A stretch of 63,715 nucleotides of DNA, the filler included, from Choristocarpus tenellus KU-1152 (lineage: Eukaryota > Protista > Phaeophyceae), in the NCBI GenBank assembly GCA_964200185.2. It is 10 parts of 10 records of this genome, joined end to end, with 100 filler letters (N's around TTAATTAATTAA, not from the genome) between each part and the next. Parts side by side here need not be neighbours in the genome. Positions count along the whole stretch, not along the records: positions 1 to 3,011 come from CAXNAD020022955.1; positions 3,112 to 6,008 come from CAXNAD020023822.1; positions 6,109 to 14,970 come from CAXNAD020004248.1; 7 more parts are not named here. One strand, 5' to 3'. Positions 1 to 10,663 of the stretch are shown here, in pieces (the stretch's first letter is position 1; each line of letters begins with the position of its first letter). The notes below the pieces were generated by a model. It saw only the letters and a list, made by a program, of their open reading frames with translations. It made no database searches and was not told the DNA's origin. Position numbers and translations under genes: made by a program.

Positions 1-912
1 GTGGTGGTGGATGGGCGAGAGCTGCTCTGAACCAGAGCACAGTGGACCCAAGGGGCCACGCAGCTCAAGATGCCCACAAAGGTAATTTTAAAGGTGTCCC
101 ATGAGGAGTCATCGCCGGAGAAGATGGGTAGTTTCAGTGTGCATTCCATGGTGCTGGAATAGTTTTATCTTGAGTGGTGAAGGTGGGAGAACGGTGGTAG
201 GTAGAACAAGATGAATTTGTGTGTGTTGTTTAGGTGTTGAGACTCATAACCCGTTGGAAGCTGGGATTGAATGGATCATACTCCATTGCAAAGTGACAGG
301 TTGGTTGTGGTGAAGAGGTGTCATAGTGCAGTGAAGCACCGGTGAGTTCTTGCTGGTGAACCTTGCGACATGCTTTGCACACAGTCAGAGGTTATGTGGT
401 ACAGTGATGTAGGGTATTCCTTGGTACATTCAAAGGAAGAGATTCGTGCTTGGTGTAGAGGCTTGTCACCTTGTGAAGAAGGGTCTTATGTATGTTTTAA
501 CTCTGAATATATAGGATCCTATTGTGTATCAGGTACATCTAGTGCAAAGTGAGCTCGGTGTCTAAGTGGGGGCTAGTCCAACCAAGGTAAAAGAGCAAAC
601 AATGTATGAGATGAAGCAATTGGTGGTGTTGTTGTGAAGATAGAACCAAAGAATCAAACTCGAATCAATATTTTGAACAAGTCATGTGGCACATACTATA
701 TATGTTTTATAGGTGTTGAGTGTTCTGTAGTTGCTATGAACCATGGAATTGTAACGGTGATTGATGATCCTATGATGGAATACTAATTAGTAGCATCTGG
801 TAGTGGTGAGTAACAACTAGTAGTGGTGTACAAATCAACAGTCAGTATGAACTAGTAATACTGCATGGTATCAGTAACACAAAAGATATGTGTAGTAGCC
901 CATGTTTTAACA
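1..912 (-). mobile_element. Ty1/Copia 5' end: LTR (912-252), primer-binding site (251-241), start of gag (ATG at 149)
   Basis: Minus strand begins TGTTAAAAC and ends CCAAC(G), followed by GGTTATGAGTC (Copia-type PBS, cf. GGTTATGGGCCC). Then MECTLKLPIFSGDDSSWDTFKITF (gag-like FxGxxxxW). The LTR is homologous to 7895-8561. Confidence 0.75.
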
Positions 913-1640
913 CAACCTACTAGCATCTTCAGCAGCAGTCTCGAATTTCTCCCAAGACGCACAAGGAGGAGGAAGCAATAAAGAAAGTGCCTTATCAGGA
1001 AGCCGTGGGGGCACTCCTGAGAGCATCCACATTGATAAGGCCTGATATAGCGGATGCTGTTGCAACATTGCCAGATTCTGTGAGAACCTGGGATCAGCTC
1101 ATTGGAAGGCTATGGAGAAGATGTTCGAGGAACTGAAAGTTGCAACACAAGGAGAATCACCTATGAGGGAAATGAACTGAAGGACATAGAGCTGAGGGCC
1201 AACGCTGATGCTGACTACACAACTGACTTGGACAACGGGCGCTCAGTGATGTGAGGACTGTTTTTTTGCAGGGAGCAGCTATCTCTTGGCTCCCTAGACA
1301 GCAGAAGGTAGAGCCGCGTCCATTTGGGGTTCAAAATCCAATGTTGCGATTTTGGTGTAATTTTGGCTATTGTGTTGTTAGGAAGTGTCAATATCCATAT
1401 TCTGGACACTCCATTTCATAACGCATAGAATTTACCTACTCCGAAATATTTTGGAGTAGGAAAATGTCATAAAAAAAAACATGGGAAGCCAAGCCCCAAA
1501 TGGACAAACAGGGCAAAACTCGTACCCTCTAAGATACTTTCACTCGGTTGTCTACATGTCTACAACTGAAATTGGGTACATGGCTCTGGCTGAGGTGGGC
1601 AAGGGAGTACTTTTCTTCCAAGTTCAACAATTCATGATAG
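913..1640 (+). mobile_element. Degenerate Copia RT C-terminus/RNase H, interrupted by MITE-A copy 1
   Basis: Translates with frameshifts as VPYQEAVGALL..RPDIADAV..HWKA..ADADY..D.GRS..GAAISW..QK|VVYMSTTEIGYMALAE. Confidence 0.85.
1307..1545 (+). mobile_element. MITE family A copy 1 (left TIR deleted)
   Basis: Matches the family A consensus from GGTAGAGCCGCGTCCATTTGGGG to TACCCTCTAAGATACTTTCACTC. Confidence 0.9.
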
Positions 1641-1644
1641 GCAC

Positions 1645-2150
1645 AACATGTTCCAGTATTAATGTTTTGTTGGCCCTGTTCCGTTTCACATGACATCCCA
1701 TGTAGAAATTTTCTTCTCCCACATCATTGCTGCTGAACTTCCCAGCCAGGTCTGTCTTGAACTTCTCCATGGCTTCCATTCCATGAGTAGCAGCCAAAAT
1801 ATTGCACACACGAAGCACGAACAACATCTCCAGCTTGTTGTTAGCTATCTTTCGCATGATACATGGGCCTGCCCCCGATTGCTCGAATCTAATGTCTTTC
1901 AGAGCCTCCACCAGTACGGAGTTCTGGTTGCGGCTTGCCTGGACCAGCTTGTACAAGGATCAGTTAAGCCTTCCCACACCTCCAGGAATATATTTATACT
2001 CCTCAGGTAGGTCAATATATATTTCTTCCTCCACTGCTGCTTGAATAAATGCTTATTCCACATCCAGGTAGTACAGCTCCTTATCTTGCGCAGCCACTGT
2101 AGCCAGTTACATCCTGATGCTTGCAGTGTTTGTTGTTGGAGAAAACCTTT
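1645..2150 (-). mobile_element. Degenerate Copia reverse transcriptase, N-terminal half
   Basis: FSPT..ASIR..YLDVE*AFIQA.VEEEIYIDLPE..SLYKLVQASR..FEQS..PC..F..NDVGE..FYMG..RNRANKTLIL. Confidence 0.85.
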
Positions 2151-3011
2151 TCGCTCTACCTCGAAGTCTAAGTTTCCTGATCCTCTACTGCTTGCCTTAT
2201 CTAGATCTTAGTAGTAGCTGACCTACCTTTCAATGGCATGCATTATTTGCTGCAAGCGATAGGTACTACTGAGGCCTTGGGCAAGACGGCAAAAAAAAGT
2301 GGGGGCAAAACATTGTAGTGGGTGACTTTATGTTGGAACGACAAAAAATATGTTGAACCCATGGAATCATTTCAATTGAATTAGTCGTTACCATCTCACT
2401 TCAGGCGATATCAATGTATCGACTCAAACGAACTTCTATATTTCTCTCCTCTCTTCATTAGTCTCTCGCCTTTTGAATACATCAACAGTGGGTGTGGCTT
2501 ACAACTGTCCTGTGGGATTCTTCATTGGTTATCTTCTATGAAGAGCTTGAGGTATGTGCATTGTTTTCAGCGAGATATAAAGATTAACCAAATGGATAAT
2601 TTCGTTAGTTTCTCTTGTGTGTTCCACTTCCAAAAAAGAAACGTATACTCCCTCTGTCCCGTAAGTCTCGTAGGTGTATGTATCGTGATGGTTTTTGGTG
2701 AATTAACATTTTCAAACGTGAGATTCAGAAACTGGAGATAACATTGTTCGATAGCCAACAATATCGGCCTGCGCATAGGTATCTTCAAAATAGTTTTTCA
2801 TTTCAAAATGCTTGAAAAACCGTCCTCTGAACACAACGTTTTTCTTGGAAATGGCAAATTTAGGAAAAACAAAATCAGGAAAACCAGTCAGAAATAGCTG
2901 GAAATGATGGCTAATCGGCCATAACGTCCCAACGAGATGTTGAAACCTAGATCGAATGCATTGTATATGATACATAGACTACGAAGGAAGAGGAATCATG
3001 GTGTTGTAAAG

Positions 3012-3111
3012 NNNNNNNNNNNNNNNNNNNNNNNNNNNNNNNNNNNNNNNNNNNNTTAATTAATTAANNNNNNNNNNNNNNNNNNNNNNNNNNNNNNNNN
3101 NNNNNNNNNNN
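3012..3111. other. Artificial contig linker (N44-TTAATTAATTAA-N44). Identical linkers at 6009-6108, 14971-15070, 22357-22456, 34246-34345, 38896-38995, 49155-49254, 53100-53199, 58265-58364
   Basis: Nine identical 100-nt N-flanked spacers carrying stops in all six frames. Confidence 0.98.
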
Positions 3112-3700
3112 CCATACATCTCTCAATAAAACCAACAATCTGGGGGGGGGGGGGGGGGGTCTGGAAAGTCTCACACCTCGAGACATGAGGAAGAATCCAC
3201 TTCAGGCTGATCGATCAAGCAACCAGGTGCATAGATGGGTGGGTGCATCTCTCTACAAATTTAGATATACAGATAAAAATTGATGAGTTGGAATTGTGAG
3301 GTAATCGTCATTCAAGGAAACAAAAGGTGTCTATTCATTACCTGTACAGGAACTCAAGACACAATCCAAAAACAAGCTATTTCTAATTATGTGTAATAGA
3401 TCACTAAGCCCCCCCCCCCCCCCCCCCCCCCCCCCAAAGAAAAAAAGACCAAACCAACCCCCCAATCCCCCAACCCCNNNNNNNNNNAACCCCCCCCCCC
3501 CCCCCGGCTCCGCCAAGAAAGAAATGATGTCAGCACACACCCCAAGTTCCAACTCACCACTAGAAACAGCTGACCAGTTGCCACAAAAAACCCTACGCAA
3601 TACAAAACACACTACCGTATCACTCCTCACACCCTAACCCTACCATTTAAATAAAGAAAGACTAGACAGTGCAGATGTGAAGAAATCGTGAACACCTCAC

Positions 3701-5435
3701 CCGAAAGAGGAGAATGTCCTCATGAAGCTGGGTGTGCGCTCTTCACATGCGACCACGTAATATCCCCAGTATCAGGTTTTTGAGGTTTCAACAAGAGGCA
3801 CAAGGGCGATGGCGTTGGCATGAAAGGAAATAGGAGGGACGACAACAAGTGCTAAGGGTGTGTTGGATGCTCTCAGAGACAGGCCTCCATGTGTGTCTGG
3901 GGAACAAACTGGTATCTTGTCATGGAGAGATTAGTCAATTGTTCCAAGGAGGTGTACAGGTACAAAAGGAGGTATAGCCGTCACTGAAGGCATGGTATTC
4001 AATGCGTCAAGAGGAGGTATAGCTGTCACTACAGGCATGGCACTCAGAGTATCACTGGAGCTGGCAGTCTATTGACAAAAAAAAATTAAGAGTAGAAAAT
4101 AAACTTCAACTTCAACTACAGAGGTAGGAAAGGGTCACATTCACACATAGGTATTTACTCTAGTCTTCGGGGGAATTTTTTTTGACGATACTATTACAAT
4201 ACATAAGAAATAATAATCAAAAATTGTGCTGGTCAAAAGGGTGAGCAAAAGATTCCATCCAACATCACGACTGAGATAAAACATAGCGCCTCAATCTTGC
4301 ACCTGTTGAACAAACATTTGAACATGTGAAGATAGTGCAATGAGATCAATACCTTCACTACGTTGTAAAGTAAATATATTGGATGTTATTTCGTCACTGC
4401 AATAATAAAAAAAATACTGACTTCCTCTCGAGCCAACTATCTATACAGTGGTTTTGTCAGAGGTTAAATTTCTGTGACATAGCTCTAGAGCTTGCTACTC
4501 CAATACTACAGAAGCTCCAGAGCCACACTGTTTGCTGTATTTCCAAACAACTATGCACCATCCTCAACCTATCATGAGCGTTGCTAAAAACAGCTCTATC
4601 TCTCATCAAGGTAGTAAGTAAGAAAGCAAGTGGTTCAACCTATCTTAGTCCAAAGATGGTACTGTAGATTAATCCATTCATGCTACATTTCTAAGGCTAA
4701 AATGCTGTCGAAGTAACTCTTTACTAAGAATAAAATGCTCTGGTCAATCAACAGGCGTGAAAAGGCGTGAAAAGGTGGTCTGGCCAATCAGATCAATTGG
4801 GCACTATCTGGTGTACCGGGACATATCCATGTACTTGTCCTAAGGGTAAAACACACTGAAATATATTTGTATGTTGGCATATACTTTTACCGAGGAAATG
4901 GTGCCAACGGAATAGTTGCATAAATGAACAAGACTTGATGTCTCAGTCGTATTTAATACACTTATCTCAACATTCATGTCGGTAGAGGATTATTTCAGTA
5001 TATATATATATTTCAGTGATCCTATTTCAGTAAAAAAAGAGGAAAAACCAAAAACTTTTATTTTTCAACATAAAACCAAGAAACACATGCTTGATAACAT
5101 TGAACAGCAATCATTGGACCGATCAAATCAGACCACAGGTAACAGAAAAAATATTCTTGATTTTTTTTTAAATCCAATACCGCTGTTGTGCACACTCTAA
5201 AAAGTTTAAAAAAAACAAAAAGCGATTTAATATTTTATTTTTTTAATTAGTGATAGAGAGTCACAGGGAGGGGGAGGGGGGGTAATACACCCTCACTCAA
5301 TAACAGCCTGAATCCTGCACCCCAGTGTCTCCTTCAGACTCCTCTTTTCAGACTGGCGGAGAGACTCCATCCCTACCGGTGTTGAACTAGTTGGAGAGGT
5401 GTCAGCTGTAATGCTATGGTGCTGCTGTGGTGTTC
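3701..5435 (-). CDS. Possible exons of an unidentified multi-exon gene (e.g. 3740-3701 AHTQLHEDILLFR; an exon near 4070-3965 with a 15-aa duplication)
   Basis: AG/GT-bounded short open frames and a 45-bp in-frame tandem duplication at ~3967-4055. No domain recognised with confidence. Confidence 0.25.
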
Positions 5436-6118
5436 CTTCTACTCCTCTCTGAAGGTATAATCAAAGAGAGGCATATTTTGCGTGTTGGGGATGTAATCAA
5501 AAAGATGCAGGGGTTGGACAAACGAGGTAAAGGGTTGGTTCTCCATAAAATACATTAGTGTAGCTGTAATAATCCTCTCTCTCTCTCTCTCTCTCGCTGC
5601 CTCTCTTTTTGTCTTGAGTTTTGGATCAATGACGATGATGCTACTCTTGCTGCTCTCGCCACTGACTGCCATCACACAGACAAGTGAATCAACGCCTGCA
5701 CTTCAGCATGGCTCTCCTAACCAACAACAACATCAACACTAACATAAGGGAGTGCTCAAAAGAAGGAAGCGTGATCCTCACACAACATACGCAAAATAAA
5801 ACAACAAAAGAGTACGTAAACAAAAATACCTGGACAAACACTGTAATATCTCTATATCACACACAGCCAATAGGACACATACACCACCCACACTAGCTCC
5901 AACTCATGACCTATCACCATTCAAATCACTCACTCACCCTTCCAGATGTCTCTCTGTGCCCATTACCTGCACCCACATCATTGTGTGACACCCCCCCCCT
6001 TCCCTCCCNNNNNNNNNNNNNNNNNNNNNNNNNNNNNNNNNNNNNNNNNNNNTTAATTAATTAANNNNNNNNNNNNNNNNNNNNNNNNNNNNNNNNNNNN
6101 NNNNNNNNATCCCTTCGA

Positions 6119-6297
6119 GGCTCAAAGTATCTGGCAGGGGCGGGGGGGGTCTATACTAGGGTGTCCATTTGGGCCCTGACCATCAGAAGTGCACTTACAT
6201 TATCCATCCGACGCATGCAACAAAATCACTCAAAAATCGCGACATGAAAAAATGGCCCCAAATGGACGGCCGCCACCCCCCCCAGATACTTTGAGCC
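6119..6297. mobile_element. MITE family B, full copy inserted in Gypsy RT
   Basis: TIR GGCTCAAAGTATCTGG...CCAGATACTTTGAGCC; flanks TCGA/TCAA (4-bp TSD, 1 mismatch). Confidence 0.88.
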
Positions 6298-6783
6298 TCA
6301 AGACGACAAAATATAACTCAAGTAACGGACTTCTTTTAGACCCAAATTGGATCTTTGACGGTTTCAATTTGAAATCTGCTGGTTGCGTGAAGTTTTAAAC
6401 TGCATCTCTAGTAAGTGTAATAGTCCCTCCAATGTGGGAAAGCAAGCAATCAAACCATCCAGGTAAACCAGCAAACAACGAAGTGGGCCAAAGTTGGCGA
6501 AGGCTAGCAACAAGATTCTTTGAAATTGCCAGGGAGCATTTGATATCCTAAACATCCTCTTGAAAACATATTTGGTTCTGGAAGTGACAAAACCTGTCTT
6601 ATTAGTATCAGGTTCAGGAACTGGAATCTGTCCATATGCACCTTCAATGTCACAAATGGTGATATTTTTGGCACCACCCACAGTATCAACTTGTGACTCC
6701 ATGTCAAGCATAGGTCAAGTCTGTCTAACAAGATGGTCCTTATTAACAATCGAGTGGTAGCCTACACAAAAACCGTTGGAGAC
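6298..6783 (-). mobile_element. Degenerate Ty3/Gypsy reverse transcriptase
   Basis: RFCVGYH..DIEGAYGQIPV..KTGFVT..FKRM..NAPWQFQR..LVYLDGL..VRYL; homologous to 40900-41400. Confidence 0.85.
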
Positions 6784-7894
6784 GTTGGTAATAGGTGCTG
6801 GGACACACATGGACACCACCACTTGAGCTGCAAATACAGATAAGAGTAACTAACCAGACACATAGTAGGAATTCACTAGGGGTATTGAGTGGAAAGGAAG
6901 TATATCATAGACTTGCATTGCTATTCTATCAGTATTTTTCTATACTACGTGTTACAGCAGTTGATATACGAGAGTAAATGGATCAATACGTATGTATGCG
7001 TGCTGAGTGGTCATGCATCATCACCCCACCCTTGTCTTTGTAGTAGTCTATTGATGCCAATGTACACAGTCTTAACCTAAAATGTCATCAAAGGAAGCAT
7101 ACTCTTGTGATACATCACCTCCTCGCAGGGATTGTCGAAAATGAGAGTCGTCAGATGTGCGCTGAAGTGACTAGCTTGCCTTCCTGAGGAAGCCTTCTTG
7201 CCAGCATAGCGATGTGTGGTCGTGTCCTATTAGTAGCCCCCTCTTGGCATAAGGGTGGAACTTCAATGAACCTCCTCTTTGCTGTTTTGTCTGGTGTACT
7301 TAGCACTCACTCTCCCCTAGACTCCCAGCCTGTAGTAGTTGGACGATTTTCCTGTGAGTCGCTTGCATGGTGTCTCTATTGAATCCCGATTTTGAATGAG
7401 TTATGCTTTCTTGTGCAGTGACTGATTTGCGACAAAGGGGTATCATAGTCCAATAAAGCACAATTGAATTTGTTCCGGTGAACCTGATGACATGCTTCAC
7501 TCAATCAGGTTATGGTTGATATGAAATCGTGATCATTCGTCGAGATGCTCTGTCAAAGAAATTGATGTTCCCAAGACTTGTGTATGAAAATGACTCGATT
7601 AGTTCCTTATTGTGTAGATCAGGTTGTACATGAATTAAGGAAGGTGAAAGGAAGGAGTGATCCATCAAAGCCAAGAAGGGGGGGGGGTCCTTGCCACCAA
7701 ATCAATTCTATTCTGTGAATGATTAATTAAACTAATCACAGATTGCTTCCCACAATGCTTCCTATTCCTAAACTCTTCCATGTTGTAGTTCTTGAAACCC
7801 AACCTTATCTTCTATTCTTCAGAACACAAACACTGTCTCTTCATCCTTAGATTGTTTCTTCGACAGAATCTTATTTTACACATACATAAATAAA

Positions 7895-8561
7895 AAAGCA
7901 TATTCTTAACATGCTCAAATGAAGAAATGCATGCTCTATCAAGAGGCTTGTCACCTTGACAGGGAAGGATTTCTGAGGATGTTTTAACTCGGTATAGATT
8001 GCACCCAGGTGTGTATCAGGTACACTTAATGCAGAGTGAGCTTGATGTCCTTAGAAGGGGTCAATGCCAGCCAAAAAAGAATAATCAACATATGAGATGC
8101 GATTGATGACTCTGATGTGAATATCAAAGGAAAACAAAGACACAAACTAGAATCAATACCTGGGACAATTCATATGGCACATACTATGCTTGTATGTTTG
8201 ACAGATGTTATCTGTTCCATACTTCCTATGCACTATGATTTTCTAACAGTAATTGATTATGCTATGATGAGGTGCTAATGATGTAAATGCGACTAACAAC
8301 CAGAACTGATGTGCGAATCGATACTATTAATTTATAATACTGTATTGTATCAAGTACACAAAAGATGAATAGCCTATGTCGACTGTTCCATACTTCCTAT
8401 GCACCATGATGCTCTAACAGTAATTGATGAGGGTATGATGAGATGCTAGTGATGTAAATGTGACTAACGACCATTACAGGTGTGCGAATCAACAGTCAGT
8501 ATGGACTGATAATACTATATCGTATCAAGTACACATAAGATGATTGGCCTATGTTTTAACA
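7895..8561 (-). mobile_element. Truncated LTR of the same family as 252-912, with an internal 171-bp tandem duplication (8212-8382 / 8383-8553)
   Basis: Shares GAGGCTTGTCACCTTG, GTATCAGGTACA, GGCACATACTAT, AACAGTCAGTATG and terminal ATGTTTTAACA with 410-912. Confidence 0.75.
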
Positions 8562-9700
8562 GTCTCCGCACCCAGGTACTCGTGTAGCATCCCTACAGTT
8601 TTGAATATCACGTCCGTTATGGCAAAGAACCAGTACTTGTCGCCTAGTTCTGCTTTCATCAGTTGGTTCCTCGCAGCCTCCATTGTTGCTCGATGGACCA
8701 TTTTGCAATCCTGTTGCTCTGGGGTGTGTGTGGTGGCGACTTCCTCCATCAAATCCTGTTGTTTGCTACCGTGCATTAGAATGGAACTGATTTCCCAAGT
8801 TCCCCGGCACCATCCCCACTGATGCATGTCACAACCACACCTTCTCTTGCCATCCTGTCAATGAAGGCAGCGGTTGCAACCGCCGCAGCATCTCTGGCCT
8901 TAAACCATGAATCCGCTCATCCCTGCTGTTCTTGTCAGTAAATACCTGGATGTATTTGTGTCCTGCTATGTCCGGTTGGAAGGGTCCCACCAGATCCGTG
9001 TGTCTCTCCTCACCAGGCTGTTTGGGGCTTTGACTTCCTGTTTGGTAGCTGAGTTTCTCTGATTTGCACTCCTTGTGCGTCTTCCATCTCATCTGGGAAG
9101 CCACCATAGCATCTGTGATCTTCAATAACCCACGCTTTTCCAGATATTCTGCGACTGATGGGTTGATGCGCCCCAGAAAGTTGTGCCAGCCATTGAGTGT
9201 TAGTTTCTGGCTCTTCTTGGCAAATGAGGCATTTGCCTTACTCCCTTCTCTTTCTAACATTCCCTTGAGGTGTAGAAATTTCCCTGATTTCTCTGAGAAG
9301 TACTTAGATACCTTGTTCTTGACCCGGAGTCCATAAATTCCTCTCCTTCTCGTTGAAGGGTCCCACTGCTCAATATTCGGCATGGCATACCAACCTTGAC
9401 TCTTTGTTCTTGCTTGTTGTCGATAGTACCACATCCCCTGTCTCTGTAGCCTCCAGGTTCTCATTGTTGCCTAAGGTGCAGGTCTGCTTTGTTGCTCGTG
9501 TGTTCACCAGATCCTTTCTCTATGGCATGAGATGCATGTTCACTCCAGAGTTGCATAGGAGTTCGATCTCTTTTCCTTGCGATGAACCAACCATCACTCG
9601 CTCATCCTCCTTGCTCACCGTTACCTTGAAGATTGAGAATGATCATGCTTGATTCCTGTTGCCACCCCCTTCCCTTTAGACATTCTCTTTGACTGGGGTG
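8562..9700 (-). mobile_element. Degenerate Copia protease/GAG-pre-integrase/integrase
   Basis: WHNFLGRIN, HTDLVGPFQPDIAGHKYIQVFTDKNSR, THTPEQQ..RATMEAARNQL..AEL..YWFFA. Confidence 0.85.
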
Positions 9701-9714
9701 CCGATGTAGTTACT

Positions 9715-9946
9715 GAGTCAAAGTATCTTAGAGCGTAGAGCTGTGTCTGTTTGGGGACCAAAATCCAATGTTGCGATTTTGATATAATATTGGCTACGTA
9801 TTTGTTAGGAAGTGTCAATATTCTTGTTCTGTACACACCTTGTCATAACGTATACATTTTACCCACTCTGAAACATTTCGGAGAAGGAAAATGTCATAAG
9901 CAAAGCCCCGAACAAACAGGGCAAAGCTTCTAAGATACTTCCACTC
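9715..9946 (+). mobile_element. MITE family A copy 2 (internal deletion)
   Basis: GAGTCAAAGTATCTTAGAG...TAAGATACTTCCACTC. Confidence 0.9.
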
Positions 9947-10663
9947 GCTCATCTACACCACCTTAATGGTGCTAAAAGGCCACCATCGCAATGCATCCGA
10001 TTCTAATAATTCAGCAACAATAGTTGTATGGGAAAGTGTTTTTATTGGGAGCAGAAAGTAAAAATCCTACAAAATACAGAGTATTAGCAGTGGAGCATCG
10101 GTCAGTTTGCGTAGACGAGACTCAGTCATTGCTCTTGCTTCATTACATATTTTGCCTTCTCCACGACAACACCTGTAACAAAAAATCACCAGGCAATAAA
10201 AATAGGTATGCATGTAAGAACAACTCCAGACCTCTCACTACTGCTGTAGTTTACTGAATGAAGCGTAACCCACTTTACTGTTGGCCTCCAAAAGCGTTGA
10301 GGAAAATTATTCTATAAGAAGGTAATCAAGTTACGCTACCGGCGGTGCACTGTGGGTGTTGGGCATTTCTCTTGTGTGAACAATGTGGTGCCTGGGACAT
10401 ACACTATGAAATAGCTGCAGGAGTAGTTCTGCAGGCACCAGGCAGGGCATTGCTTCTACAGGAGAATTATATCCTTCTACTAAAAAGAAACAGATCTCAC
10501 ACTACCCATGACTTTTATTGAGTACAACAGATTTTGCCTTGGTAAGAGTGCATGTTCTAAACCATGAGGTCCATGTTCCTTTGATCCAGCAGGTTTCCCA
10601 GGAGTTGCTTAAAATTGCAGGTGTCCTACAACATCTTCTTTACTCCTGCAGCCTCTTGTCACC

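Noticed and set aside
1300-1550. MITEs acting as Introner-like spliceable introns
   Set aside because: Copy 1 has AAG|GTAGAG but no terminal AG, and no intron of the host genes coincides with a MITE.
1481-1693. Recurring 'MGSQAPNGQTGQNSYPLRY' and 'HWIL.PK.TRLYP.RY' ORFs as a gene family
   Set aside because: They are incidental translations of MITE-A fused to different flanks.
3012-3111. Recurring TTAATTAATTAA palindrome
   Set aside because: Always embedded in fixed N padding; an artificial linker.
6784-7080. Possible solo LTR interrupting the Gypsy RT
   Set aside because: Termini are degenerate, with no TSD or second copy in the window.
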